A stretch of 55,853 bases of DNA from a bacterium (GCA_037134355.1 JBAXMJ010000004.1:1-55853); one strand, 5' to 3'; counted from the stretch's first letter, positions 13,461 through 24,092 are shown. Notes: generated by a model from the sequence alone, not told the origin. Made by a program: numbers and translations.

Positions 13461-13934
13461 ATGGGACGAAGACGTAGAGCAGTGCGGCGGGCGGTTCAAT
13501 CGGATCCGAAATACAACAGCGAGTTGGTCGGCCGTCTGGTGAACCACCTGATGAAGGTGGGAAAGAAATCGGTATCGGTAAACATTGTTTACGATGCTCT
13601 GAAGGTGATTCAAGAGAAGCATCCTGATGGCGATCCGCTGGAAGTGATTCTGCGCGCGATTGACAACGTGAAGCCGAAGGTCGAAGTGAAATCGCGCCGG
13701 GTTGGTGGTGCCACCTATCAGGTGCCCGTTGAAGTGACGCCTGATCGACAGGGAGCCTTGGCGATGCGCTGGTTGATCCAGTACGCGAAGACCCGGAAGG
13801 GTGTGCCGATGCGACGTGCGCTGGCCCAGGAAATCCTGGACGCCTATGCCGAGCAGGGCAATGCCATCAAGAAGCGTGATGATACGCATAAGATGGCGCA
13901 GGCAAACAAGGCGTTTGCCCACTATCGATGGTAA
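13461..13934 (+). CDS. rpsG: 30S ribosomal protein S7
   Basis: 157 aa, S7-like (VEVKSRRVGGATYQVPVEV...ANKAFAHYRW). Confidence 0.97.
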   Translation: MGRRRRAVRRAVQSDPKYNSELVGRLVNHLMKVGKKSVSVNIVYDALKVIQEKHPDGDPLEVILRAIDNVKPKVEVKSRRVGGATYQVPVEVTPDRQGALAMRWLIQYAKTRKGVPMRRALAQEILDAYAEQGNAIKKRDDTHKMAQANKAFAHYRW

Positions 13935-14000
13935 GTTGAGTTTATGAACATCCCGTCGTCCGACGATAGGGCGACGGGTGTTGTTTGTTTAGTGAATAAA

Positions 14001-16136
14001 ATGGAAACGGTTTTGGAACAGAATAAACAAGGTGGAGCCACAGGGGAAGCGCGCCAGCGCGAAGCGGCGGATCGCATCCGTCCCCTGTCCGCCGTTCGCA
14101 ATATCGGGATCATTGCCCACATTGATGCGGGCAAGACCACGACAAGCGAGCGTATTCTGTTTTATGCCGGTCGCGTGCACCGCATGGGTGAGGTTCATGA
14201 TGGAACCGCCACAATGGACTGGATGCCCCAGGAGAAGGAACGCGGCATCACCATAACGAGCGCGGCGACGACCTGTTTCTGGCGAGACTACCAGATTAAT
14301 CTCATCGACACTCCCGGGCATGTTGATTTTACCGTTGAAGTGGAGCGGTCGCTGCGTGTTCTGGATGGAGCGGTTGTCGTGTTTTGCGGCGTGGGCGGCG
14401 TGCAGCCACAGTCTGAAACGGTTTGGCATCAGGCGGATCGCTATCAGGTTCCCCGCATTGCTTTCGTGAATAAAATGGATCGCATTGGTGCTGATTTCAA
14501 CGCAGTGGTGGGGCAGATACGAACCCGCCTGGGAGCGGTTCCGGTGCCCATCCAGATTCCATGGGGCTCGGAAGATGGGTTTCGTGGCGTCATTGATTTG
14601 CTGGCCATGGAAGCCATTGTTTATGACGACACTTCGTTTGGGAGCAAGGTTCAGACGCTTCCTATTCCGGCCGAACTGGCAGTGGAGGCCGAGAAGGCCC
14701 GCGCTCAACTTATCGAGGTTTTGACTGAACGGGATGAAAAGGTTTTGGAATCCTATCTCGACTGCGCCGATGTTCCCGCGCAGGTTTTGCGTGATGGGTT
14801 GCGGCGCGCGACACTCGCGCAGACATTGACTCCGGTTTTGTGCGGATCATCACTTCGTAATAAAGGGGTACAGCAGTTGTTGGATGCCGTGGTGGATTTT
14901 CTGCCGGCTCCGATTGACGTTCCGCCTGTGCGCGGCGAGCATCCCAAGACCCGTGAGGTGGTATCTCGTGAAGCGGACGATTTCGCCCCGCAGAGCGCAT
15001 TGGTGTTCAAGCTGATGAGCGACGCCTATATGGGTCGGCTGGCGTTTGTGCGCGTGTATTCGGGGCAGATCAAGAAAGGGCAGAATCTGTTCAATGCCCG
15101 CACCCGGAAACGTGAACGCGTGATGAAACTTGTGCTCCTGCATGCGGATGACCGCCAGGAGGTCGAGGTTCTTCATGCCGGTGAAATCGGCGCGGTGGTG
15201 GGGTTGAAGCAGGTCACGACGGGTGATACCCTGTGCGCCGAGAATTCGCCTGTTGAGTTGGAGCGCATACGGTTCCCTGAGCCGGTGATTTCCATGGCGA
15301 TTGAGCCCAAGTCGCAGGCGGATCGTGAGAAGCTTGGTGAGGCAATGAGTGCACTTGCGGCGGAGGATCCCACCTGTATCGTGTCTGTGGATCCGGATAC
15401 CGGCCAAACGCTGCTGAGTGGCATGGGCGAGTTGCATCTTGAGATTTTGAAAGACCGGATGTTTCGGGAGTACAAGGTTCAGGCGAACGCGGGGCGGCCC
15501 ATGGTGGCCTATCGCGAGACTATCCAGGCTTCAGGTCGGGGTGAATACCGCTTTGAGCGCGACATTGCCGGGCAGCCTCAATTTGCCGCAGTGGTTCTGA
15601 ATGTTGAGCCGGCGGAGCGGGGCTCGGGAGTCACGATCGAATTTGAGGTATCGAGCTCTCAGATCCCGGCTGAATTTCGAAGCGCGGTTGAGGAGGGGGT
15701 TCGGGACGGGTTGACGACCGGCATTCTGGCGAATTATCCAATGGTGGATGTTAAGGTCAGAGTGGTGGGAGGCGAATTTCACGATCAGGAATCCACGGAA
15801 GTGGCATTCCGGACGGCGGGTGTGATGGCCCTGAGGGTGGCGGCGAAGGCATCAAGGCCGGCGATTCTGGAGCCCATCATGTCGCTTGAAATTATTCTTC
15901 CGGCGGATCATTTGGGTGATGTGTTGAACGATGTGAGCGCTCGGCGCGGACATGTTCGGGATATGGTTGGTAAGGAAACTGTGCAGGTGATCCATGCGCG
16001 AGTTCCGTTGGCGGAACTGTTTGGGTATTCGACAGCCGTCCGGTCTCTGACGCGGGGGCGGGCGAGTTACACGATGGAGCCGGCGTGTTTTGATGTGGTG
16101 CCGGAGGCGATACAACAGCAACTTCTGGAACGGTGA
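14001..16136 (+). CDS. fusA: Elongation factor G
   Basis: [38 protein letters not shown]. The start is uncertain: ATG 14001 or ATG 13944. Either leaves an N-terminal extension relative to typical EF-G. Confidence 0.93.
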   Translation: METVLEQNKQGGATGEARQREAADRIRPLSAVRNIGIIAHIDAGKTTTSERILFYAGRVHRMGEVHDGTATMDWMPQEKERGITITSAATTCFWRDYQINLIDTPGHVDFTVEVERSLRVLDGAVVVFCGVGGVQPQSETVWHQADRYQVPRIAFVNKMDRIGADFNAVVGQIRTRLGAVPVPIQIPWGSEDGFRGVIDLLAMEAIVYDDTSFGSKVQTLPIPAELAVEAEKARAQLIEVLTERDEKVLESYLDCADVPAQVLRDGLRRATLAQTLTPVLCGSSLRNKGVQQLLDAVVDFLPAPIDVPPVRGEHPKTREVVSREADDFAPQSALVFKLMSDAYMGRLAFVRVYSGQIKKGQNLFNARTRKRERVMKLVLLHADDRQEVEVLHAGEIGAVVGLKQVTTGDTLCAENSPVELERIRFPEPVISMAIEPKSQADREKLGEAMSALAAEDPTCIVSVDPDTGQTLLSGMGELHLEILKDRMFREYKVQANAGRPMVAYRETIQASGRGEYRFERDIAGQPQFAAVVLNVEPAERGSGVTIEFEVSSSQIPAEFRSAVEEGVRDGLTTGILANYPMVDVKVRVVGGEFHDQESTEVAFRTAGVMALRVAAKASRPAILEPIMSLEIILPADHLGDVLNDVSARRGHVRDMVGKETVQVIHARVPLAELFGYSTAVRSLTRGRASYTMEPACFDVVPEAIQQQLLER

Positions 16137-16140
16137 GTGA

Positions 16141-16452
16141 ATGATGGAAAAGCAACGCATACGTATACGTTTGAAAGCTTACGATTATCGGGTGTTGGAC
16201 CAGTCTGTGTCCGATATTGTAGAGACCGCAAAGCGAACGGGAGCCCGGGTGGTGGGGCCCATTCCGATGCCAACGCGCATTGAGAGTTACAGTGTTAACC
16301 GCAGTGTGCATGCCGATAAGAAATCGATGGAACAATTTGAGGTCCGGACGCATAAGCGGGTTTTGGACATTGTGGAGCCGACGGCAAGAACAGTGGATGA
16401 GTTAAAGAAACTCAACATGCCCGCCGGAGTGGATATAACGATCAAGATTTAA
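16141..16452 (+). CDS. rpsJ: 30S ribosomal protein S10
   Basis: [18 protein letters not shown]...[12 protein letters not shown] is S10-like. Confidence 0.97.
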   Translation: MMEKQRIRIRLKAYDYRVLDQSVSDIVETAKRTGARVVGPIPMPTRIESYSVNRSVHADKKSMEQFEVRTHKRVLDIVEPTARTVDELKKLNMPAGVDITIKI

Positions 16453-16462
16453 GCAGGTAGCC

Positions 16463-17110
16463 ATGCAAGGGATACTCGGAAAAAAAATCGGAATGACGCG
16501 GGTTTTCGGCGACGAAGGTCGACAGACCCCGGTCACGGTGATTGAAATCGGGCCATGTGTTGTGGTCCAGCGCAAGACGAAGAGCCAGGATGGCTATGAC
16601 GCGCTGAAACTCGGGTTCGTGGAGGTCAAGGCCTCGCGGGCGAACAAGGCTCATGCGGGTCAGTTTAAGGCTGTCAACGCGACGCCGAAGCGCTTCCTGC
16701 GTGAATTTGCCGTTGAAGCCAGTGATGAAATCAAGGCGGGTGATGCCGTGACGGCCTCTGTTTTGGATGGAGCCGACTATGTCGACATCATCGGTGTCAC
16801 CAAGGGACGCGGGTTTCAGGGTGTTGTCCGCCGCTTCAAAATGGCGGGTGGTCCGATGACGCATGGCGGACATTCGAAACGGCGCGTCGGCTCGATCGGA
16901 TGCCGTTCATTTCCTGGACGCGTTCACAAGGGAAAACGTATGCCGGGCCACATGGGTAATGTGCGGGTTACTACGCAAAATCTAAAGGTGGTTCAGCTGC
17001 GGGCGAGCGAGAATTTGATCCTGGTAAAAGGGGCCGTTCCCGGACCCGCAGGTGCATTGGTTGAAATACGAAAAGCATTGAAGAAGACGAAGGCGGGGCA
17101 GGGTAAATGA
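16463..17110 (+). CDS. rplC: 50S ribosomal protein L3
   Basis: MQGILGKKIGMTRVF...VTKGRGFQGVVRR is L3-like. Confidence 0.97.
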   Translation: MQGILGKKIGMTRVFGDEGRQTPVTVIEIGPCVVVQRKTKSQDGYDALKLGFVEVKASRANKAHAGQFKAVNATPKRFLREFAVEASDEIKAGDAVTASVLDGADYVDIIGVTKGRGFQGVVRRFKMAGGPMTHGGHSKRRVGSIGCRSFPGRVHKGKRMPGHMGNVRVTTQNLKVVQLRASENLILVKGAVPGPAGALVEIRKALKKTKAGQGK

Positions 17111-17748
17111 GCAAGCTTTCTGTCTATGACATGAAAGGGTCCTCGTTGGCGAAGGTTGACTTCCCTGACGAGCTGATGACGAGCAAGGGCCAGCAGGCTG
17201 TCCGTGATGTTATCGTGGCCTACCAGGCCGGGTTGCGTGCGGGATCAGCCTCCACTCTCGGTAAGGGTGCGGTGGCGGGTAGCAACAAGAAGCCGTGGAA
17301 GCAAAAAGGAACCGGGCGTGCTCGGGCTGGTTTCCGGCAATCTCCTGTGTGGCGTGGCGGCGGTGTGGCTCATGGGCCTCATCCCCGAAGTTACGCGAAA
17401 CGCATTCCCGTGAAGGTCGCGCGCCTGGCATTTCGAAGCGCCTTGAGCGACTTGATCCGGGAGGACCGTATCCGTGTTCTGGACACGCTGACGGTGACGG
17501 AGCCCAAGACGAAGACGGCGGTCGCTTTGTTGAAGTCATTGGGTCTTAAAAAGGGCGTTTTGATCGTGGTTGACAAGCTGGATAAGAACTTGCTCTGTGC
17601 GTTCCGGAATCTGCCACAGGTGGAGGCGACAACGGCCAAGGATGTCAGCACGTTCCAATTGGTTCGTTTTCCCGTGACCGTGGTAACGCGCTCCGCGATG
17701 GATCAGCTGAAGGCGCGGCTTGAGGGCGAGCCTGGGAGGAAGTCATGA
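17107..17748 (+). CDS. rplD: 50S ribosomal protein L4
   Basis: KPWKQKGTGRARAGFRQSPVWRGGGVAHGP is the L4 signature. Overlaps the rplC stop. Confidence 0.97.
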   Translation: MSKLSVYDMKGSSLAKVDFPDELMTSKGQQAVRDVIVAYQAGLRAGSASTLGKGAVAGSNKKPWKQKGTGRARAGFRQSPVWRGGGVAHGPHPRSYAKRIPVKVARLAFRSALSDLIREDRIRVLDTLTVTEPKTKTAVALLKSLGLKKGVLIVVDKLDKNLLCAFRNLPQVEATTAKDVSTFQLVRFPVTVVTRSAMDQLKARLEGEPGRKS

Positions 17749-18026
17749 AAAATTCACTTTCGGCAGTCCGGGGTTTGCACATCACCGAGAAGGGGTCGTT
17801 GCTTGCCGGACAAAATAAATATTTTTTCAAGGTTGCTCCTTCCGCTAACAAGCTGGAGATTAAGGGGGCGATCGAGGATTTTTTCAAGGTCAAGGTTACG
17901 AAGGTCAATACCATGAATTATGATGGCAAGGCCTGTCGTGAACGCACGATTCATTCCGGAAAGAAGCCGGCTTGGAAACGCGCGGTGGTGACGCTGAGAG
18001 AGGGCGACAAGATAGATTTGGAATAG
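17745..18026 (+). CDS. rplW: 50S ribosomal protein L23
   Basis: 93 aa, L23-like ([33 protein letters not shown]). S10-operon order. Confidence 0.95.
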   Translation: MKNSLSAVRGLHITEKGSLLAGQNKYFFKVAPSANKLEIKGAIEDFFKVKVTKVNTMNYDGKACRERTIHSGKKPAWKRAVVTLREGDKIDLE

Positions 18027-18036
18027 GAAGCACGAC

Positions 18037-18861
18037 ATGGCGCTGAAAACCTACAAACCGACGACGCCGAGCCTGCGACACACGCAGCTCTCGACGTTTG
18101 ATGAAATCACCCGGAGCAAGCCCGAGCGGTCGCTCACGAAATCGCAGAAGTCAAAGGCGGGACGCAATTCCGCCGGACGCATCACTGTTCGACACCGTGG
18201 CGGCGGTCACCGGCATCACTACCGGATCATTGATTTTAAGAGAAATAAAACCGGTATTCCTGCCAAAGTTCAGGCTATTGAGTATGATCCGAACCGGACG
18301 GCTCGAATTGCCCTGCTGGCATACAAGGATGGCGAAAAACGCTACATCCTCGCTCCAGTTGGACTGGAAGTGGGTACGATGGTGATGTCAGGGCCCGATG
18401 CCGAACCGATCAACGGAAACGCGTTGCCGCTTGCGAAGATCCCGCTGGGGTTGCCGATTCACAATATCGAGTTGACGGCAGGGTGCGGAGCGCAGCTGGT
18501 TCGTAGCGCGGGGCAGACCGCGCAACTGATGTCCCGTGAGGGGGGCTTTGCGCAGGTGAAATTGCCGTCCGGTGAAATCCGGCAGATCAATGTGGCATGT
18601 CAGGCGACAATTGGCCAGGTTGGCAATTTGGATCATGATGGAATTTGCCTGGGTAAAGCCGGGCGAAAGCGTTGGAAGGGGATTCGGCCCACGGTACGTG
18701 GTGTGGCGATGAACCCGGTTGACCACCCGATGGGTGGCGGTGAAGGTCGTACGTCTGGCGGCGGTCACCCGGTGACGCCGTGGGGTCAGCTCACGAAGGG
18801 CAAGAAGACCCGTTCGAGACGTAAGACTTCGAGCAAATTTATTGTCAGGCGGAGAAAGTAA
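18037..18861 (+). CDS. rplB: 50S ribosomal protein L2
   Basis: [22 protein letters not shown] is the L2 signature. Confidence 0.97.
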   Translation: MALKTYKPTTPSLRHTQLSTFDEITRSKPERSLTKSQKSKAGRNSAGRITVRHRGGGHRHHYRIIDFKRNKTGIPAKVQAIEYDPNRTARIALLAYKDGEKRYILAPVGLEVGTMVMSGPDAEPINGNALPLAKIPLGLPIHNIELTAGCGAQLVRSAGQTAQLMSREGGFAQVKLPSGEIRQINVACQATIGQVGNLDHDGICLGKAGRKRWKGIRPTVRGVAMNPVDHPMGGGEGRTSGGGHPVTPWGQLTKGKKTRSRRKTSSKFIVRRRK

Positions 18862-18864
18862 ACC

Positions 18865-19149
18865 ATGGGCCGTTCATTAAAAAAAGGGCCGTTTGTTGAC
18901 GAGAAGCTACTGGAGCGCGTTGAGAAGATGAATCGCGCGGGAGAGAAGCGCGTGGTCAAGACGTGGTCCCGTCGTTCCATGATTGTTCCTGAATTTGTCG
19001 GGCATACGCTGGCTGTACACAACGGCAAGCAGCATGTTCCGGTGTACATCACGGAGCACATGGTGAGTCATCGTTTGGGTGAATTTGCGCCGACGCGCAT
19101 TTTCCGTAAGCACGGCACACACACCGACAAAACGGTGGCGTTAAAGTAG
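18865..19149 (+). CDS. rpsS: 30S ribosomal protein S19
   Basis: [16 protein letters not shown]...[33 protein letters not shown]. Confidence 0.97.
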   Translation: MGRSLKKGPFVDEKLLERVEKMNRAGEKRVVKTWSRRSMIVPEFVGHTLAVHNGKQHVPVYITEHMVSHRLGEFAPTRIFRKHGTHTDKTVALK

Positions 19150-19153
19150 TCGT

Positions 19154-19648
19154 ATGCGGGCGGGAAACAAGGTGCGGTGGCTCGGATTAGCTCTCGTGAT
19201 TCTGTGTCTCTTGACGGGGCGCGGAGTGAAGGCGGGATCTGACGGAGAAGACGAGGTGTTTCTCCGGAATCAGGTGAAATACCTGACCGAAGCGTTGGCG
19301 CTGGCGAAGGCCGAGACGGATAGATTGAGGGCGCGGCTGGATGGCCGGGCCAGTGAGACGGCGGAAGGGAGAGGCGGTAGACCCGTTAACCCGGCCGAAG
19401 TGGAAAAAAAAGAGTTTAGAGTTTTAGACGTAAACAAAGAGCTGGGCATGGTGATCCTTGACGGCGGGCGGCAGGACGGTGTGAAGCCGGGTTTGCAGTT
19501 CGCGGTGATGCAAGAGGGTCGGGCTGTGGCCACGGTGCGGGTTGTGGATGCGCGAACGGCGGTTGCCGGGGCTGTGATCCAGAAGACGAACCGGGCATTT
19601 CCCAGGGTTCAGGACCGGGCAGTTGTGGTGACCGGCTTCGGGGACTAG
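19154..19648 (+). CDS. Hypothetical secreted/membrane-anchored coiled-coil protein inserted in the S10 operon
   Basis: 164-aa ORF filling the whole rpsS-rplV gap. ATG lies 4 nt after the rpsS stop, and its TAG abuts the GGAG Shine-Dalgarno of rplV. N-terminal hydrophobic signal (WLGLALVILCLLTGRGVKA), helical heptad-like stretch, C-terminal beta-rich domain. G/C-ending codon bias resembles its neighbours. I recognise no family. Confidence 0.6.
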   Translation: MRAGNKVRWLGLALVILCLLTGRGVKAGSDGEDEVFLRNQVKYLTEALALAKAETDRLRARLDGRASETAEGRGGRPVNPAEVEKKEFRVLDVNKELGMVILDGGRQDGVKPGLQFAVMQEGRAVATVRVVDARTAVAGAVIQKTNRAFPRVQDRAVVVTGFGD

Positions 19649-19658
19649 GAGCAAGGCA

Positions 19659-19994
19659 ATGGAAGTCAAAGCAGTGACCAAGTATGTGCGTCTGTCTCCG
19701 CGTAAAGCGAGGGATATGGCGAGGGCTATTCAAGGTCTGCCGGTGGCCGATGCGATCAAGACGGTGGAGTTTAGCGAGCGCAAGGCCGCACGTCAGCTGG
19801 AGAAGACGATTCGTTCAGCGGTGGCGAATGCGGAAAATAACGCAAAGCTTTCCGCGGATGATCTGCGTGTGAAAGAGGCCACGATCGGCGAAGGGCCTGC
19901 GATGAAGCGTTTTTGGGCGCGGTCGCGTGGGATGGTGAGCCGGATCCGGAAACGGACCAGCCACATCACGATTGTGTTGTCAGACGGGAAGTGA
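19659..19994 (+). CDS. rplV: 50S ribosomal protein L22
   Basis: MEVKAVTKYVRLSPRKARDMARAIQG...RSRGMVSRIRKRTSHITIVL. Confidence 0.97.
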   Translation: MEVKAVTKYVRLSPRKARDMARAIQGLPVADAIKTVEFSERKAARQLEKTIRSAVANAENNAKLSADDLRVKEATIGEGPAMKRFWARSRGMVSRIRKRTSHITIVLSDGK

Positions 19995-20030
19995 CCGGCG
20001 GAAGCCGGGAGATGTGAAAGGAGATTCGTT

Positions 20031-20699
20031 TTGGGACAGAAAATCAATCCGATTGGACTCAGGATTGCCGTCACGAAGGCGTGGAAGTCCCGCTGGTTTG
20101 CGGACAAGAAAACCTGCGGTACCTTGCTGATGGAGGACCTGAAGATCCGTGATCTCGTGAAGAAGCGCCTCGACGCGGCGGCTGTGGCGGAGATCATTAT
20201 TGAGCGGTATGCAAACCGCGTTCGTGCCACCATATGCACCGCGCGCCCCGGCATTGTGATTGGCCGAAAGGGGCAGGATCTGGATCGAATCCGCGATGAA
20301 ATCGCGAAGATCACGAGCAAGGAGATCTATTTGGAGATTCGTGAAATCCGGAGTCCGGACACGAATGCGCAACTGGTCGCCGAGAGCGTGGCGTTGCAGA
20401 TGGAGCGACGGGTGTCATTTCGCCGGGCGATGAAACGGGCGATCAAAATGGCTATGGAATTGGGCGTCAAGGGAATCCGTATCAAGTGCGCCGGGCGGCT
20501 TGGGGGATCCGAACTGGCCCGTGTGGAGTGGTACAAGGAGGGGACGATCCCTCTGCATACGCTTCGCGCAAACATTGACTACGGGTTTGCCGAGGCAAAT
20601 ACCACGGCCGGAAAAATCGGCGTCAAAGTCTGGATTTGCAAGGAAAAGGAAGAGCCTGAGAAGGCAGTAAGGGGACGATCCAATGCCGCTTATGCCTAA
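20031..20699 (+). CDS. rpsC: 30S ribosomal protein S3
   Basis: [11 protein letters not shown]...KH-domain region. TTG start codon at 20031. Confidence 0.96.
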   Translation: MGQKINPIGLRIAVTKAWKSRWFADKKTCGTLLMEDLKIRDLVKKRLDAAAVAEIIIERYANRVRATICTARPGIVIGRKGQDLDRIRDEIAKITSKEIYLEIREIRSPDTNAQLVAESVALQMERRVSFRRAMKRAIKMAMELGVKGIRIKCAGRLGGSELARVEWYKEGTIPLHTLRANIDYGFAEANTTAGKIGVKVWICKEKEEPEKAVRGRSNAAYA

Positions 20700-21096
20700 A
20701 CGTGTGAAGCACCGTATGGTGCAACGGGGGTCCCGGAAGGGGACCGCGCATTCAGGGAACACTCTGGCTTTTGGCGAGTACGGCCTGAAAGCGTTGGATC
20801 GGGCGTGGGTCAAGGCGACGCAGATCGAGGCTTGTCGTGTGGCGATGAACCGAAACATGAAGCGCCGGGGCAAGGTGTGGCTGCGGATTTTTCCGGATAA
20901 GCCGGTCAGCAAGAAACCTCTTGAAACGCGGTCGGGTAAGGGTAAAGGCCCTCTGGACTGCTGGGTTTCGGTTATTCTTCCAGGGGCCATGCTGTTTGAA
21001 GTGGACGGCGTGACCGAGCAATTGGCGAGGGAATCGTTGCGTCTGGCAGCGGCAAAGTTGCCGATCCGGACGATGTTTGTGAAACGGCACGGGTAA
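20683..21096 (+). CDS. rplP: 50S ribosomal protein L16
   Basis: [14 protein letters not shown]...[14 protein letters not shown] is L16-like. Start ATG 20683 or 20692; overlaps the rpsC end. Confidence 0.96.
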   Translation: MPLMPKRVKHRMVQRGSRKGTAHSGNTLAFGEYGLKALDRAWVKATQIEACRVAMNRNMKRRGKVWLRIFPDKPVSKKPLETRSGKGKGPLDCWVSVILPGAMLFEVDGVTEQLARESLRLAAAKLPIRTMFVKRHG

Positions 21097-21127
21097 CCGG
21101 GCCATACAGGACAGGGGTGCGGACGAT

Positions 21128-21325
21128 ATGAAGGCCGCGAAACTGAGAGAGTTTAATAAAGAGGAACTTGCGCAGCAGAACTCCGATATGGAGAAAGAGT
21201 TGCGTACGTTGAAAATTCGTAAATCGGCGAGCCAGATTGAGCAGCCGTCACGGATTCGCAGTCTTCGTCGGGACATTGCCCGCGCCAAGACCGTGATGAC
21301 CGAACGGCGTCGCCAGCAAGGTTGA
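21128..21325 (+). CDS. rpmC: 50S ribosomal protein L29
   Basis: 65 aa, [27 protein letters not shown] is L29-like. Correct operon position. Confidence 0.93.
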   Translation: MKAAKLREFNKEELAQQNSDMEKELRTLKIRKSASQIEQPSRIRSLRRDIARAKTVMTERRRQQG

Positions 21326-21330
21326 AGATT

Positions 21331-21606
21331 ATGGCAGAAACGGAAACCGATCGGGGACTTCGCAAGGAGCGCACAGGTGTTGTGGTCAGCGCCTCCATGC
21401 AGAAGACCATAGTGGTACGCGTGGAGCGTAAGACGAGGCATCCCTTGTATGGCAAGGAAATGCGTCAGTCGAAGAAGTTCTATGCTCATGATGAGGAAGG
21501 CAAGGCCAAGGTTGGCGATCATGTTACGATCGTCGAGACACGTCCGTTGAGCAAGCTCAAGCGGTGGCGTCTGGTCGAAGTCTTGGAAACAGGGAAACGT
21601 CAGTAA
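21331..21606 (+). CDS. rpsQ: 30S ribosomal protein S17
   Basis: [29 protein letters not shown]...[23 protein letters not shown] 21331 preferred; alternative TTG 21322. Confidence 0.95.
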   Translation: MAETETDRGLRKERTGVVVSASMQKTIVVRVERKTRHPLYGKEMRQSKKFYAHDEEGKAKVGDHVTIVETRPLSKLKRWRLVEVLETGKRQ

Positions 21607-21620
21607 CGGGATAAACGACC

Positions 21621-21986
21621 ATGATTCAAGAAGAAACAAACCTTGATGTGGCGGATAATACCGGCGCGCGACGCGTTCGTTGTTTTCGCCTGATCGGGCA
21701 GCGGAAGATGTATGCCCACGTTGGAGATTTGATCCGGGTTGCGGTGAAGGAAGCCCAGCCCACAGGGATGGTGAAGAAGGGGCAGGTCTGTCGCGCGATT
21801 ATCGTGCGCACCAAGCAGCCGATCCGACGTTCGGATGGTTCGGCGGTGCGATTTGATACCAACGCGGTGGTTCTTGTGGATGAGAAGCTGAACCCTCTGG
21901 GTACCCGTATTTTTGGCCCGGTGGCGCGTGAGCTTCGCGAGAAGAACTATATGAAGATCGTCTCATTGGCCCCTGAAGTGTTGTAG
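21621..21986 (+). CDS. rplN: 50S ribosomal protein L14
   Basis: [24 protein letters not shown]...[11 protein letters not shown]. Confidence 0.97.
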   Translation: MIQEETNLDVADNTGARRVRCFRLIGQRKMYAHVGDLIRVAVKEAQPTGMVKKGQVCRAIIVRTKQPIRRSDGSAVRFDTNAVVLVDEKLNPLGTRIFGPVARELREKNYMKIVSLAPEVL

Positions 21987-21998
21987 GAAGAGGAATGC

Positions 21999-22310
21999 AT
22001 GAATATTCGGCGAAATGATATCGTTGTGAAAATTCGCGGCCGGGAAAAAGGCAAGCAGGGGAAAGTGCTTCAGATGCTTCTGAGCAAGGACCGGGCGATT
22101 GTGGAGGGCTTAAACCTGGTGACCAAGCACCTTCGGAAGTCGCAGGACAATCCGAAGGGCGGAATGACCCGGAAGGAAGCTTCCATCGCACTGTCGAATC
22201 TCATGCTCTTTTGTCCGCACTGCAAGAAGGCGGTTCGTGTGAAGCGCGTAATCGAGGGCGACAAGCGCGTTCGCAAATGTAAAAAATGCGCTCAGGCGCT
22301 TGATACGTAA
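21999..22310 (+). CDS. rplX: 50S ribosomal protein L24 (Cys4 zinc-ribbon C-terminus)
   Basis: KOW region IRRNDIVVKIRGREKGKQGKV. C-terminal CPHC...CKKC as I recall for Thermus L24. Confidence 0.95.
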   Translation: MNIRRNDIVVKIRGREKGKQGKVLQMLLSKDRAIVEGLNLVTKHLRKSQDNPKGGMTRKEASIALSNLMLFCPHCKKAVRVKRVIEGDKRVRKCKKCAQALDT

Positions 22311-22318
22311 GGTGGATT

Positions 22319-22861
22319 ATGGGACTTAAGGCAAAGTATAAGGCGGAGATTGTCCCGGCGCTGATGAAGGCGTTGGGATGCAAGAACGTGATGGATGTTC
22401 CGCGCATTCTGAAGGTCAATCTGAACATGGGCTTTAATGCGTCCATGGACAAGGATCAGATTAAAATGATTTCGGATGACCTGGGGCGTATCACGGGACA
22501 GAAGGCCGTGATTACCAAGGCGCGCAAGAGCATCTCGAATTTCAAGTTGCGACAGGGCATGCCGGTGGGCGCAAAGGTTACGCTTCGCGGGGAGCGGATG
22601 TATGATTTTCTGGAGCGTCTGATTCACGCGGCGTTGCCCCGGATTCGCGATTTTCGTGGATTGCCGGTGCGGGGCTTTGATGGACGTGGAAGTTACACAT
22701 TCGGTCTTCAGGAACAGACCATCTTTCCGGAAATTGATCCGGATGATGTCAAAAAGGTGCAGGGCATGAACGTGACGATTGTCACATCGGCGTCAACGGA
22801 CGCACGGGCACGTGAACTGCTCACGTTGACCGGTATTCCATTCGCAAAGGCGCACAAGTAG
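22319..22861 (+). CDS. rplE: 50S ribosomal protein L5
   Basis: 180 aa. ISNFKLRQGMPVGAKVTLRGERMYDFLERLI...RGFDGRGSYTFGLQEQ. Confidence 0.97.
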   Translation: MGLKAKYKAEIVPALMKALGCKNVMDVPRILKVNLNMGFNASMDKDQIKMISDDLGRITGQKAVITKARKSISNFKLRQGMPVGAKVTLRGERMYDFLERLIHAALPRIRDFRGLPVRGFDGRGSYTFGLQEQTIFPEIDPDDVKKVQGMNVTIVTSASTDARARELLTLTGIPFAKAHK

Positions 22862-22882
22862 CGCGGCAGGGAGGATATTCTT

Positions 22883-23068
22883 TTGGCTAAGAAATCACAG
22901 GAAATCAAGGCGAGCCGCAAGCCGAAGTTCAGCACGCGCCGCTATAACCGTTGTAAGCGCTGCGGGCGACGCCACGCATATATGCGCAAGTTCCAGGTAT
23001 GCCGTATCTGCTTCCGGGAGCTGGCGTCTGTGGGATTGATCCCCGGCGTGATAAAGGCGAGCTGGTAA
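22883..23068 (+). CDS. rpsN: 30S ribosomal protein S14, short zinc-binding (type Z) form
   Basis: 61 aa with CKRCGR...CRICFRE and ending KASW. TTG start at 22883. Confidence 0.95.
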   Translation: MAKKSQEIKASRKPKFSTRRYNRCKRCGRRHAYMRKFQVCRICFRELASVGLIPGVIKASW

Positions 23069-23080
23069 AAAGGAGAGCCT

Positions 23081-23479
23081 ATGAGTTTGTCGGATCCAAT
23101 CAGTGACATGTTGAACCGCATCCGGAATGCATCCGAGGCGGGGTTGAAAACGACTGACATCGGCCATTCAGTGATGAAGGGTGCGATTGCGGTTATTTTG
23201 AAAAAAGAAGGATATGTCCGCGACATTTCAGTCGAGGGTATCGGGCGAGAGAAGACGTTGAGGGTGGTGTTGAAATATGACGCCAACCGGAAACCCACGA
23301 TTCGCGGATTGCGCCGGATCAGTAAGCCGGGACTTCGGCGTTATGTGGGGTTTGATCAAATCCCTCTGGTGCTGGGAGGCATGGGCGTGTCGATCTTAAG
23401 TACGCCTGGTGGAATCATGACGGATAGTGAGGCGCGCCAGAAGCGCGTTGGAGGTGAGTTGCTCTGCCAGGTTTGGTAA
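23081..23479 (+). CDS. rpsH: 30S ribosomal protein S8
   Basis: MSLSDPISDMLNRIRNA...ILSTPGGIMTDSEARQKRVGGELLCQVW. Confidence 0.97.
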   Translation: MSLSDPISDMLNRIRNASEAGLKTTDIGHSVMKGAIAVILKKEGYVRDISVEGIGREKTLRVVLKYDANRKPTIRGLRRISKPGLRRYVGFDQIPLVLGGMGVSILSTPGGIMTDSEARQKRVGGELLCQVW

Positions 23480-23555
23480 TCCGCCGAGTCGGCGGGTGGA
23501 GCGGCTCCGTGGCCCGGGAGGGCACGGGTAATCAGGTTTAAACAGGGGATATAGA

Positions 23556-24089
23556 ATGTCAAGAATCGGTAAAAAACCGGTGGCCATCCCAAGCGGTGTG
23601 ACGGTCAAGGCGAGTGACACAATAGTGTCGGCCAAGGGCCCCAAAGGGGAACTGTCCGTGATGCTCTTGCCATCCATCAAGGCGGATGTCAAAGAGGGTT
23701 CGGTACTCGTAACCTGTACGGAAGACACATCGACGGGGCGGAGCCGGCATGGTTTGGTTCGGAGCCTCATCGCCAACATGGTGACGGGTGTGGATAAGGG
23801 ATATGTGATTGAGCTTGAACTGCAAGGCGTAGGCTTTCGTGCTGCCGTGCAGGGGAGCAAGCTGACGATGAATCTTGGGTATTCGAGCCCCGTGGTGTTC
23901 GAGACCCCCAAGGGGATCACAGTGGCGGTCAAGGAGAGTGTTATTACGGTGAGCGGTTCGGATAAGCAGATGGTCGGCGATGTCGCCGCCCGCATCCGGT
24001 CGTTCTATCCGCCTGAGCCCTACAAGGGCAAGGGCGTCCGTTATAAAGGCGAACATGTCCGGCGTAAGGCCGGTAAGACGGTGGCCTAA
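23556..24089 (+). CDS. rplF: 50S ribosomal protein L6
   Basis: MSRIGKKPVAIPSGVTV...PEPYKGKGVRYKGEHVRRKAGK. Confidence 0.97.
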   Translation: MSRIGKKPVAIPSGVTVKASDTIVSAKGPKGELSVMLLPSIKADVKEGSVLVTCTEDTSTGRSRHGLVRSLIANMVTGVDKGYVIELELQGVGFRAAVQGSKLTMNLGYSSPVVFETPKGITVAVKESVITVSGSDKQMVGDVAARIRSFYPPEPYKGKGVRYKGEHVRRKAGKTVA

Positions 24090-24092
24090 CCT

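Noticed and set aside
21999-22310. L24 with a CPHC...CKKC zinc-ribbon tail, considered as a possible novelty.
   Set aside because: From memory, Thermus thermophilus L24 has the same Cys4 C-terminal arrangement, so this is a known variant rather than a new feature.
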